Positions 52,457-63,384 of a stretch of DNA of 64,000 bases are shown here, piece by piece; position 1 is the first letter of the stretch, and each line of letters starts with the position of its first letter. The notes beneath the pieces are model-generated. The model had not been told where the DNA came from. It worked only from the letters and a program-made list of their open reading frames with translations, and did no database searches. Source of the DNA: Thecamonas trahens ATCC 50062. Taxonomy: Eukaryota > Protista > Apusomonadida. The DNA is taken from assembly GCF_000142905.1 (NCBI RefSeq), contig NW_013657662.1, positions 463,021-527,020 of the forward strand, in the 5' to 3' direction. The position numbers were made by a program, and so were the translations under genes.

Positions 52457-55293
52457 TTATGCAGAGTGACCGAGGTGGCTGGCGATGGTGCGGATGACGT
52501 CGACGGCACAGTCGGCCGAGACCGAGACCGAACCGATGCCGAGGTCAACAAGCTTGAGGACAAAAGGCATCGAGTCCGAGGCACCCTGTCCACAGAGGCC
52601 GATGTACTTTCCTGCAGCGTTGCAGGCATCGATGGCCATGGCGATCATCTTGAGCACAGCCGGGCTCGACTCGTCAAAGATGTGCGAGACTCGCTCAGAG
52701 TCGCGGTCGACGCCGAGCGTGAGCTGTGTGAGGTCGTTGGAGCCGATGCTCATGCCGTCGCAGTGGGCGAGGAACTCATCGGCAAGGAGGACGTTGGCCG
52801 GGATCTCGCACATCATGATGACCCGCAGGCCGTTGACGCCGCGGACGAGACCGGCGTCGGCCATGACGTCGAGGACGCGGGTGAGCTCGGCCGGGGTCCG
52901 GCAGAACGGGATCATGACCTCGACGTTTGTGAAGCCCATGACGTCGCGCAGCTTGGCGATAGCAGCGCACTCCAGCTCAAACGCCGGGCGGTAGCTCGGG
53001 TCGTAGTACCGCGACGCGCCGCGGAGGCCAAGCATCGGGTTCTCCTCGACCGGCTCGTAGAGCATGCCGCCGATGAGGCCCTTGTACTCGTTCGACTTAA
53101 AGTCGGAGAGGCGGAGGATAACCTTGCGCGGGTAGAAAGCAGCGGCAATGAGCCCAGCGCCTTCGGCCAGCTTGTCGACGAAAAGGCCTCGGGGCAGTCT
53201 GCGTACCGCGAACCGAGCAACGCGGCGACGGCATCGGCGGTGTCCGGGTCGGCACCAGCCTTGTTGTGCGGAAAGCCGATGAGAGCGAGCGGATGGACGC
53301 GGATGTGGTTGGCGATGATGAACTCTTCGCGGGCAAGGCCGACGCCAGCAACTGGAAGGAACGCGCTGGCGAGAGCGAGTGAGGGTGAGGCCAGATTGAC
53401 CATGACCTGAGTCGCTGTCGACGGAAGAGCAGGCAGCGCGCCGATGTCGACCTCTCTGGTCGAGCTCGCCTTGATGCCGGACAGCACCGCACCGGCGTAG
53501 CTCGAGCCGGTGCAGCAGACAGTGACGCTTGTGCCATTGGGAATGGCGGTGAGCGCATCGCCGGTACCAACGATGCAAGGAATGCCCATCTCGCGCGAGA
53601 TGATGGCTGCGTGGCAGGTCCGCCCGCCACGAGCCGTCACGATGCCGGACGCCAGCTTCATGACCGGGACCCAATCGGGATCGGTCATGCCAGTGACTAG
53701 CACATCGCCAGGCTTGAACTCGGCAAGCTGCGACGCCGATCTGAGAATCTTGGCGGTGCCGGAGCCGATGGCGTCACCGACCGGCGCGCCGCGAGTGAGC
53801 ACGTCGCTTGGCGCGACGTCGTTGCCAACCAGCGAGTGGGTCACGATCTTAGTCACGCTCCGCTGCGAGTGGACCGTCTCGGGGCGGGCTTGGACGACAA
53901 AAAGCTTACCAGTCGGCCCGTCCTTGGCCCACTCGATGTCCATCGGGCGGCGGCAGCCGGCCTTGGCAGAGTAATGATCCTCGATGGCGACGGCCATGCG
54001 GGCAAGGGCAAGAACGTCGGCGTCGTCGAGACAGAGCTTGACACGCTCCGACTTGGGAACAACGACGTTGCGCACAGGCGCAGCGGCGTCAAGAGCGTAC
54101 ACCATTTTGATCTTCTTGGCGCCGACGTTGCGCTGGACGATGGGCTCGTAGCCGTCGCGGAGAAGTTGCTTGTGGACGAGCCACTCGTCCGGGTTCACGG
54201 CGCCCTGCACAACGTTCTCGCCGAGGCCGTAAGCACCGGTGATGAGAACGGTGGCATCGCAGGCAGTCTCGGTGTCGATGGAGAACATGACGCCGGACGC
54301 GGCCTGGTCGGAGCGAACCATCTTTTGGACGCCGATCGAGAGCGCGACAAGCGAGTGGTCGAACCCGTTCTCAACGCGGTAAACAATGGCGCGGTTGGTG
54401 TAGAGCGAGGCAAAGCAACGGCGGCATGCATGGAGAAGCTCTGAGGCACCGTGAATGTTGAGGAACGTCTCCTGCTGGCCAGCAAACGAGGCGTTGGGCA
54501 GGTCTTCGGCTGTCGCCGACGATCGGACCGCGACGTCGGTGCCGGACTCGGCACCCTCGTACTCTGCCGAGAGGACGGCGTACGCATCTTTGATGGCAGC
54601 GGTGAGATCATGGGGAAACTCCATATCTTTGATCAGCTGCCGGATGGCCTTACCACTGGAAGCTAGCACATCCATGTCGTGGATGTCGAGCTCTTCCAGC
54701 AGCGAGTTGAGCTTGGCGGTCGACTCGGGGTTGGCCGCCAACAGGCAGCGGTAGGCATAGGCAGTGATGGCAAAGCCGTTGGGCACAACCACGCCCTTCG
54801 ACGACAGCTCGCGGTACATTTCTCCCAGCGAAGCATTCTTGCCACCCACAAGTGGGACGTCGGCAATGGTAAGGTCCTTGAACCACGAGATGAGCGGGGG
54901 GTTGGATGTCCTGTGTTGCAGCGGATCGGAGTCGCGGGGGAAAAATGAAGTGGGTTGGATTGGGACGACGTTGTGGGTTGACCGATGAGCCGAGGGAAAA
55001 CGATAGAAGTTGGGGGTGTTAGTGGGTAGGTAGATGGATGAGAAATAAACGAGGAGAAGGCGCAGGACGAGAAGAAGGAGGAGGAGGAGAAGGAGGAGGC
55101 GGGCTGAGGAGAGCTGGAAAAATGGCGTGCAGGTGGGTTGGGTTGGGTCAGGTTGGGACGGTGGCAGTGACTTTCTTTGGGGCCGAGAAAGAGGCATGGG
55201 TATGCCGATGGGAGGGGGAGGAAATGCAATATGTGATGACGTGCATCAGGAAAGAGGATGGGGCGTGTGTGTGGGGGTGGTGGTGTCGTACAT
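52457..55293 (-). CDS. ppsA: Phosphoenolpyruvate synthase (pyruvate, water dikinase), bacterial type; intron 54911-55291 splits the ATG; 1-nt frameshift at about 53183
   Basis: Motifs [68 protein letters not shown], phospho-His [64 protein letters not shown], and GLCGQG. Confidence 0.95.
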
Positions 55294-55879
55294 GATGGGG
55301 AAGTTTGGAACCGATGTGGTTGAAGAGGAGTGGCAAGGGTGGTGACTCGCCTGTTGGCGGCACGAGGGGGGGGGGGGGGGGGGCTCTCACACCACATTCG
55401 CACCAAACAGATGATAAAAGGAGCACAGTGACGCAATGCAATTCAGACCATCCGCTGCGGCATTCAGCACCAAACAGTCATGACCGTCGGCATTCAAATC
55501 TAGCTCACCCCACACGCCGTCGAAGACGACAGAAGCTGTTGCCGCATCCTCAGCAGCCTACACAGACAACTCGCCCGCCCTATTTAATCGCTATCATCAC
55601 TGCCACTTGAACACTCCAGCACATTGCAGACATCTGGGAAGCATTGTCAAAGCTCAACAGCTTGCTGTATTTGTCATCGATGACCGCAGCAAGTATTCAG
55701 CAGGGCTGTGCATGGTGCACGGCCGACTTGCATGGAGACGGCGGTTTGGAGCTGGCATCTCACAGGGAGCATTTGGCTTCGTTGCAGGATAGTGAGTGCG
55801 CATGGCATCGGTAAAGTGGTTGTGAGTTGAAAGTGGCAATGGTGGGGAAAAGGGGTCACATATGGGCCCAAGCATGGGG

Positions 55880-56500
55880 GCGGAGGGGGGGGGGGGGGGG
55901 GGTCAGCAGCATCGAGAGGATACCAAGCCAACAACTTGGGCCTCAGCCGGTGGAGCTCGGACTGCGGAATACTGCAGGTGTGGCTTGGAGACTGTGCAAC
56001 GAGGTAGTGTGTGTATGTAGTAGGGTACAAATGGAATCAGATTGGGCATATCTTGCGATGCGATTTGTGGGGGGCGTGTGCGGGGTCGAGCGGTCGAGGG
56101 CGTGCTCGAACACCTAGGGCAAACAAGTCGCTGCGGAAATGAGCCGAGGTCGATGGGTATCGATGACAGCAATATTGATACTGGTGATAGTGCATGACAA
56201 GTGACGACCTTGGGTGTGGTCGCGGGTTGCGTAAGTTGTGGTGGGAAGGAGCTAGGTGGTGATGAAGGTGGGCCTGATCGGGCGAGCGGGCGGCGGCTTG
56301 CGGCTGGTGGTCGACGAGGCAGGGGCAACAGAGGGAGCTGGGTCGGGGCTGGGTGGCTTGAGATTGCTGTTGGTTGGAAATTGGGCAGTCTGGCATGTGA
56401 TGGTTGAGGAGTGTGGGTGTCGGGGTCGGGGATGAGGATGGAGGTGACGTAGAGCGGGAAGACGAGGAGGATGAGGAGGAAGAGGAAGCCGAGTGCGCGA
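55880..56500 (+). repeat. Diverged dispersed direct repeat, copy A (partner at about 63385-64000)
   Basis: Shared blocks GTCAGCAGCATCGA, CTTGGGCCTCAG, GGAATACTGCAG, GCGGAAATGAGCCGAGGTCGATGGG and TGGTGGGAAGGAGCTAGGTGGTGATGAAGGTGGGC, at an offset of about 7.5 kb. Confidence 0.9.
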
Positions 56501-57183
56501 TGGGATGGTGGTGGCGATGGCCATGACATGGGGGTGGGGGTTGTGGCTGTGATGATATTGATTGTGGTGGAGTAGGGAGTGAAGGTGGTGGAGTAGGGAG
56601 TGAAGGTGGTGGTTGATGGTGATGGGGCGTAATGAGTATGGTAGGGGGGGACGAGGGGGGTCGTGACGTGGGTGGCATGGCGGGCGAAAGGATGATGGGT
56701 ATGGCAATTGGGCTTGAGCATTGATGTGGGCGAGTTGGATGAGGATGATGGGTGTGTGTGGGGAGTGGGCGATGAGGGAGCCAGGTACTTGGACGGCAAG
56801 GGAGAGGAGGGCGGGACGGATTGGATTGAGATGGACGTCGATGGAGACGATGGCTTGCAATTGAAGAGGGAGGCAGTCCACTGCACTCTAGCCCACCACT
56901 GCATTGGCTATCAATTGCCCTTCCCCTCCTCTTGTTCTTCCTTGTCTTAGCCAGCCCATGGGCCTCGTCGTCTGGCTCGATGAGCCGCGACCACCCTCCT
57001 CCCTCCTCCCGCACGCAGCCACTATCAGAGGTACTTGTCGCTGGTCAAGCCTCATTCGCAGCAACAGGCTTGTACAACAGTTACATTGAGACTGCGTTCA
57101 CCTCCTGGCCCACCTTTCACTTGCTCTTCGTCTTCGCCTTGGCGCCTTCCTGCCGTCCAACCTCTCGCTTCCGTTTTCGCGCG

Positions 57184-59334
57184 ATGGCAGCGACTCGCGC
57201 CTCTGGCCTGTTGTGGCGGGTACCACTGGCGGCTGTTCTGGTGGCGCTTGTGGTGGTGGTGAGTAGTGCGGCAGGAGCAAGCATTGTACAATGCGACATG
57301 GACACTGACTTTGCCGCGTTTTCTACGGATGTCGTGGATTCTTTCGTCAACCCGAGCGCCATGGCAACTGGGGACGTTGATGGTGACGGCCGCTCGGACG
57401 TGGTGGTGGTCGTCGAGTCGACCGACGAGCTCAGCTGGTTCGCCAATTCAGCAAGTGGCGCATTTTTGGCGGGATCTACCATTGCCGGCATTGGCGAGCT
57501 CATCACGCCCAAGGATGCGGTCGTTGTTGATCTGGATGCGGACGGCGATGGCGATGTAGTGGTTGCCTCCCAAGGCGACGATAAGATTTCGTGGTTTGAA
57601 AACACCGCCGGCGACGGCACGGTGTGGACGCAACACGTCATCGATGCAGCGTTTGTCGATGCGGCCTAGTTTGTCGTCGGTGACTTTAACGGCGATGGGC
57701 AGCTCGACATCGCAGCTGCCTCGCCGACGACCGTCTGCTGGTGGGCGCAGACGGCAGTGGTCGGCACCTTTGATGTCCCACAAACCGTAGCGTTTGGCAC
57801 AGGCCTAGCCGGGCTCATTGTTAGTGGTGACTTTGATGAGGACGGCTACCTTGACATTGTTGTGGCTGCCAATGGCGAGATTCGGCTCCTGGCCAACCCG
57901 GGTGGGAGCGGGGCGTTTGCTGCGAGCCGGGTTCTTGCGACTAAGTTATCCAATGGCTTGGTGGCGAGTGATATCGACGCTGACGGCGACCTGGACCTTG
58001 TTGTCGATTTTCAGCCGGGTTCGGACTACACCGTGCTGCTTCTGCTCAACCCCGGATCACCGTCGGTGGCGCAGTTTTCGCAAGTTGATCTTGCTGTAGA
58101 TGTTGTTGCTCTATCTGACGTTATGGTGAAGGATGCAGACGGTGATGGAGACATCGACGTGCTGTATCTGGACGAGTTTAGCGTCAAGTTTGTGTCGAAC
58201 ACCGGGGCCGGTACCTTTGCGCCACCTGCGGAGGTGTTGACTGTTCTTGGTGAAGGCTTGCTGGCTGATGTTGAGTCCGAGAGCGCCTTTCTGCTGGCAG
58301 AAGACGGCGTTGGAGTGAAGGTACTGCGGCGCTTACCGGTGATATTTAGCAGCAACGAGTTGACGTTGGCGGGTGCAGATGCTGATGTGAGTGCTCTTGG
58401 CGACTTTGACTTGGACGGCGACCTCGACGTTCTTCTTCACTCGGGGACATCCAAGAGTCTGTTTTGGCAAGCAAACAGCGGCGGGCGCACGCAAGCGATT
58501 TCGGTTGCCAACGGTATCATTGCCAGCGACATTGCCACCGTTTACTCCGCTGGGACCGGTGATCTTGACAGTGATGGATATGTTGATGTCTTTGTGGCGT
58601 TCGAAGTGAGCTTGAGCACCGGGCGGCTTGCCTGGTACCGCAACACGGACGGGCGCGGAACATTTGGCGGTGTCCAGTACATCGACGGTGGCTCTGTGAC
58701 ATACTTTGTTCAAGCCACGTTCCTGGAGGACGTCGACGACGACGGCGACCTCGACGTGGTGGTCTTCAACCAAGGAACGTCGGATGCCGCCATGACATCG
58801 TACGTCACGTTTTCGTGGTACGCCAACGACGGCTTGGGTACTTTTGCAGCGCCGACCAACTCATTCAACATGGAGAGCGTCTCCATCACGTCGCAGACTA
58901 GCGTCTCGTTTGGGGACATCGATGGCGATGGCGATGTTGACTTGGCAGTGACGACGAACTCGGGACTTGTGTGGTTCTCGGCCGACGATACTACGCTAAC
59001 CAACTTTTTCTTCCTCCCGTATTCGATTGCGTCGGTGTCGAGCCCAGCGTCGGTTGTACTTGTTGATGTGAGCGGCGACGGCGCGCTGGACGCCATTGCG
59101 GTTACATCATTGGGCCTCTACGTTGTCACAGGCAGCGGCAGCGGCAGCTTTGCTTCGCCGGACTTTGTCGCCGCCACGAATGGTTCGCCTGGTAGCCTGC
59201 TTGTTGTTGACATTGACGGTGATGGCGACGATGACGCGGTGAGCGATGGCAACCTGTGGATCAACAGCAACCAGACGTTTGGTCCTGCAATTGCATACAA
59301 GAAAAATCCCCGCACATCCTCCGCACCTCACTGA
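57184..59334 (+). pseudogene. Secreted FG-GAP/VCBS repeat protein with an in-frame TAG at 57667-57669 and an abrupt C-terminus
   Basis: A signal peptide is followed by at least 12 DxDxDGxxD motifs. After the TAG the same frame continues FVVGDFNGDGQLDI into ORF 57757-59334. There is no TM region. Confidence 0.7.
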
Positions 59335-59448
59335 CAGCTACACCGCCCGCCGTGGGTGCGAGCCAGCCGGCACCCTCCTCCCCCCCCCCCCCCCCCCTCC
59401 CTCCCCCACTCGTCTCACGTTCCCCACTGCCCTATGTGCATACAAGGA

Positions 59449-62400
59449 ATGGTCATACAAGCAGCTATGGCGGTGCTTGTTGCAGGCGTGGTGCTACTCC
59501 ACGTCACCGCTGTCGTGCCGTCGGTCAATGCCGCTGACTTGTTCTTGGTGCCGCCGACCAATTGGCAAATGATCGGATCGAGGTCGTCGCAGGCTGTGTC
59601 GGATGCGGCGGTGGGCGATTTGAACGGAGATGGGAAGATCGACTTGGCGGTGGCTATCGGCGTCCATTACCGCTTGCTCTGGGTCGAAGGTGATGGTGCC
59701 GGCAGCTTTGTGGGCCATGACATCCTCCCGAGCAGCGGCGTGGGCTCATGGACGCCACGGTCTGTGGCCATCGGCCATCTCAACAATGATCCCTATCCCG
59801 ATCTTGTGGTAGACTCGTCAGGTGTGATCGTTCTCTCCAACGATGGTAGTGGAACTTTCACCTTTGTAGTTAGACTCTCCTCCGGCACCTTCAGGAATGT
59901 GGGCGTGGCAGACGTGGACAACGACGGCAAGCTGGACATCATTGGGATCATGCACAATCCTATCCCTTACTGGTACAAGAACGACGACAATACCTTCAGC
60001 TTTACCTCAAAGAGCCTGCAAAATACTGGTACCTACGTCAGGGAGTACTCGGTCTCCCTCGTCGACATCAACAACGACGGGCGGACAGACATCGCTTTCC
60101 GCGGAGACAACAACCACATCATCTACGCGCTGCATCAGGGCACTTCGCCGTACTACGGAGCGTTCATCAGCCTGGGCGTCTTCTCCAACATCCAGGCCCA
60201 GACAGTGGGCGATGTCAATGGAGACAGCTTCTCGGAGTTTGTCCTCTGTACCTCGTCATCCATCTTCATCAACTTCCTCGACGCGGCGGCCACCGCCTTT
60301 GACGCCACCAAGCAGGTAGTGATCAACCAGGCCGTCAGCGGGAACTTTGTCAACATCGCAGACATTGACGACGACTCGGACAACGACATCATCCTTATTG
60401 CCGGCAGCACTATCGTCTGGTTGGACAACACCGATGGCACCGGCTCATCGTGGACGTCACGCGCGGTCACGACCTCTTCGGTCTCTGGCAACTCGTTCCG
60501 ACTCGTCTACGACGTCGACGGCGATGGCTATCTCGATGTCATCACAAGCTTCCCCTCTTCTGCCTATGGATGGACCCGCGCCTACCATCGCCACTGTCCA
60601 GATCTCTCCCTGCCTGATGGCGAGTGGTCGTATGATCTCACGGCTCCCACTTGGAGAGCCACCGCCAACTGCACCACTGCCGGCCATGGCCTCGTTGGGG
60701 TGGGGGTGCGGACGTGCGCAGAGGGGGCGACGTCATGGTCGACCGAGCCAATGCCGACCTGTGTCTTCAACGCACAGTCCGTGCTGCTCACGATCGACAC
60801 GGCGGCGTTCCCGCTTGCAGCCGGCAGCAAGTTTGCCTTCTCCATCACCCCCGAGAACGGCGGGTCGACGTCGACGCTGACGGTGACCATCGGCGGCGTG
60901 GCGCAGAGGGTGACGGATGTCGTCTTTGACGCCGCATCCAAGACCTACACCGCCATGTGGACAACGCCAGAGAATGTCGGCTCTTACTCGGTCACCTTTG
61001 GCATCGACGGCAACGCTGTCGCCACGCTCACCATTCCCATCAAGGCCAATGTGGTAGTAGGCGCGATGAACGTCGACGCTGCTACGGTCAACGGCGATGG
61101 CCAGCTGGAGGTCCGTCGCGACTCAACGTATGCGGTCCATGTCAAGCTCGAGGACGCGTTTGGTAACCCAGTGCTTCTCTCGGCGACGCCCGGCACTGTG
61201 GTGCCGATTCTGCCATCGAATCGGACGATGTCTGCGTCGCTGACGCTATCGTCGACGTCTGCGGTGGCGGAGGCGCCGATCTTGGTGGTGGCGCGGAGCG
61301 ATGGCAATGGATACGACGCGGTAGTACAGGTGTCAACGGTTGTGGTCGGGGCGTACACGCTGGAGGTGGTCCTGAACGGGGTGGACGTGCCCGGCTCACC
61401 TGTGGAGGTGCTCTCGATCTGTCCCGTGGGTACGTCACTGGAGAGCGGGACGACGTGCGCTACGGTGCCGTGTAACGCCAACTCGGTTCGTGTGGAGACG
61501 ATCAACGCCACCGTCGGGACCTGCCACTGCCAGGCCGGGTTCTATGCGGCGCGACGCGACACCAACAACATCGCGGTGTGCGAGAGCTGTCCGCGCGGCG
61601 GCGTGTGCGCCTTTGGCCTCGACCCGCCTGTGGCCCAGCCGGGCTACTACGCCACGTCCTTTGCCACCTTCCATCGGTGTCTGCGACAGGCCGGATGCGT
61701 GGGCGGCGATGCTGCGTGCGCCGATGGCTACGACGGCTACATGTGCAACACCTGCTCTGCCGGCTTCTACTCGAACGCAGCTCGCGAGTGTGTGCAGTGC
61801 CCCGAGTCGTCGGGCGGGATTTTTGCCGGCGCGTTTACCGGCCTTGTGGCCTGCGCCGTGGCGGTGGCGGGCGTGGTGGGCATGGGCGTGGCCAAGGCGC
61901 GCGGCGGGTACGATGGCGGGGTGGAGCAGCAGGAGGAAGCGATGGGCATCAGCTCGACCAGCAGCGAGACCTTGATGCCGGCGGGCTCGGAGTGGTCGAG
62001 TGTGGAGAAGGCGGTCACGGAGCAGCCGGGCGGGGTGGAGCTGCGGCGGCGGACGTTGCCTGCGACGGTCTCGCAGACGCTTGTGGTGCTGCAGGTGCTG
62101 GGCATCCTGGGCACGGCCGATTTTAGCTGGTCGAGCTCGTCCAAGTCGACGCTGGAGGCGTTTAACGTGGCCAACATCGACGTCAATCTGTTTGCCTCCG
62201 AGTGCACGTTGGGCGACTTTCACACCAAGTACGCCATATCTGTGGGCCTTCCGATGATTGTGCTTGTGGTTGTAGGCTGTGTGCTTGTGGCGCTACACGG
62301 ATGCAGGGTGCTTGGGCTCGGGCGCGTGCCGATCAAGAGCCTGTTGGACGCCGCGCTCTTTGCGGTCGCGCCGCTCATCTACATCCCGATGGCACGTGCG

Positions 62401-63237
62401 ACGTTTGTGATCCTCGACTGCACACGGCTGCCCAACGGCGAGTGGGTGATGGACGCCGATCCGGGTGTGGCGTGCTTTGACTCGCGGTGGAGCTCTGTGG
62501 CGTGGCTCGGCGTGGTGGTGCTGTGCGTGTTTGTGCTCGGCGTGCCTGGGTACTTTCTATGGTGTGTGGTGCGGCATCGGACAGAGCTGCTGGAGGCAAG
62601 CACGTTTGCGCGGTACGGGGCACTGTACAAGCTGTATCGTGTCCCGTACTATTGGGGCGGAGTGGCAGAGCTGGTCCGGCGGCTGGCGATTGTGGTGGCG
62701 GCGGTCTTTGTCTCGGCCCACATCCTCCCGCTCATCGCCTCGCTGATTGTCATCTTCACCATCTCGGCCTTAACGGTTGCGCGGACGGAGCCGTATTTTT
62801 ATCCACTGTACAACAGCGTCGAGTTTCAGCTGAACGTGGTGCTGATGGTGGTGCTCTTTCTCGGCGCGGCATCGTACGCCGAGCGCAACGTGGAGGGTGG
62901 CGGGAGCGACGCGATCTTTGTGGGCGTAGTCCTCATCGTCGTTGCTATGGCCATTATTGCGCTTCGTGCCATCGTCACTGACGTCTTGCAGATTTTGCGC
63001 GAACGTCGCTATGGCTACAACTATGCCTGTGCGCGCGCGGTTGATCTTGCGGCGCACGTCGAGCGTGAGATGATGGATCTCCAGCCCAGCGTCCGCGAGC
63101 CGCTGGTGGCCGCGGTTGAGGTGCTGAGGGCGGGGAGCATGATGGAGACCGGTGTGATGCACCACTCGATGGCGATGTCGACCGCATCCAGTGTGGCCTC
63201 GTCGAGCAAGTCCATTGCGTCGAGTTCGTCGAGGTAG
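59449..63237 (+). CDS. FG-GAP propeller - Sushi/CCP - Ig/filamin-like - Cys-rich (TNFR/EGF-like) - multi-TM receptor-like protein
   Basis: Signal peptide, about 7 FG-GAP motifs, and a Sushi domain CPDLSLPDGEW..ATANC..GHGLVG.GVRTC..WS..MPTC. Ig-like VKLEDAFGN..GAYTLEVVLNG..VPGSP, Cys repeats, and about 8 TM helices with DPGVACF, YGALYKLYR..YYW, and PYF. Confidence 0.85.
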   Translation: MVIQAAMAVLVAGVVLLHVTAVVPSVNAADLFLVPPTNWQMIGSRSSQAVSDAAVGDLNGDGKIDLAVAIGVHYRLLWVEGDGAGSFVGHDILPSSGVGSWTPRSVAIGHLNNDPYPDLVVDSSGVIVLSNDGSGTFTFVVRLSSGTFRNVGVADVDNDGKLDIIGIMHNPIPYWYKNDDNTFSFTSKSLQNTGTYVREYSVSLVDINNDGRTDIAFRGDNNHIIYALHQGTSPYYGAFISLGVFSNIQAQTVGDVNGDSFSEFVLCTSSSIFINFLDAAATAFDATKQVVINQAVSGNFVNIADIDDDSDNDIILIAGSTIVWLDNTDGTGSSWTSRAVTTSSVSGNSFRLVYDVDGDGYLDVITSFPSSAYGWTRAYHRHCPDLSLPDGEWSYDLTAPTWRATANCTTAGHGLVGVGVRTCAEGATSWSTEPMPTCVFNAQSVLLTIDTAAFPLAAGSKFAFSITPENGGSTSTLTVTIGGVAQRVTDVVFDAASKTYTAMWTTPENVGSYSVTFGIDGNAVATLTIPIKANVVVGAMNVDAATVNGDGQLEVRRDSTYAVHVKLEDAFGNPVLLSATPGTVVPILPSNRTMSASLTLSSTSAVAEAPILVVARSDGNGYDAVVQVSTVVVGAYTLEVVLNGVDVPGSPVEVLSICPVGTSLESGTTCATVPCNANSVRVETINATVGTCHCQAGFYAARRDTNNIAVCESCPRGGVCAFGLDPPVAQPGYYATSFATFHRCLRQAGCVGGDAACADGYDGYMCNTCSAGFYSNAARECVQCPESSGGIFAGAFTGLVACAVAVAGVVGMGVAKARGGYDGGVEQQEEAMGISSTSSETLMPAGSEWSSVEKAVTEQPGGVELRRRTLPATVSQTLVVLQVLGILGTADFSWSSSSKSTLEAFNVANIDVNLFASECTLGDFHTKYAISVGLPMIVLVVVGCVLVALHGCRVLGLGRVPIKSLLDAALFAVAPLIYIPMARATFVILDCTRLPNGEWVMDADPGVACFDSRWSSVAWLGVVVLCVFVLGVPGYFLWCVVRHRTELLEASTFARYGALYKLYRVPYYWGGVAELVRRLAIVVAAVFVSAHILPLIASLIVIFTISALTVARTEPYFYPLYNSVEFQLNVVLMVVLFLGAASYAERNVEGGGSDAIFVGVVLIVVAMAIIALRAIVTDVLQILRERRYGYNYACARAVDLAAHVEREMMDLQPSVREPLVAAVEVLRAGSMMETGVMHHSMAMSTASSVASSSKSIASSSSR

Positions 63238-63384
63238 TTACTGCACACGCTATGGTAGATGACTATCAGCTGCGACGTCGTCGCTGTGATGAAGGCCACC
63301 TCGTTGCGCGACGTGTATGGGTAGTGAGTATGTAAGATGTGGGTGTGGTGGCTGTGGGCGGGGATAGTGGGGAATGGGGGTCGG

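Noticed and set aside
54911-55197. Hydrophobic N-terminal extension ([12 protein letters not shown]) on PEP synthase as a targeting signal
   Set aside because: It lies within the predicted pyrimidine-rich intron and is translated CTC/CTT repeat.
57667-57669. Genome-wide TAG reassignment
   Set aside because: TAG terminates SLX4, Sec3, the propeller protein and the FG-GAP receptor at their expected ends.
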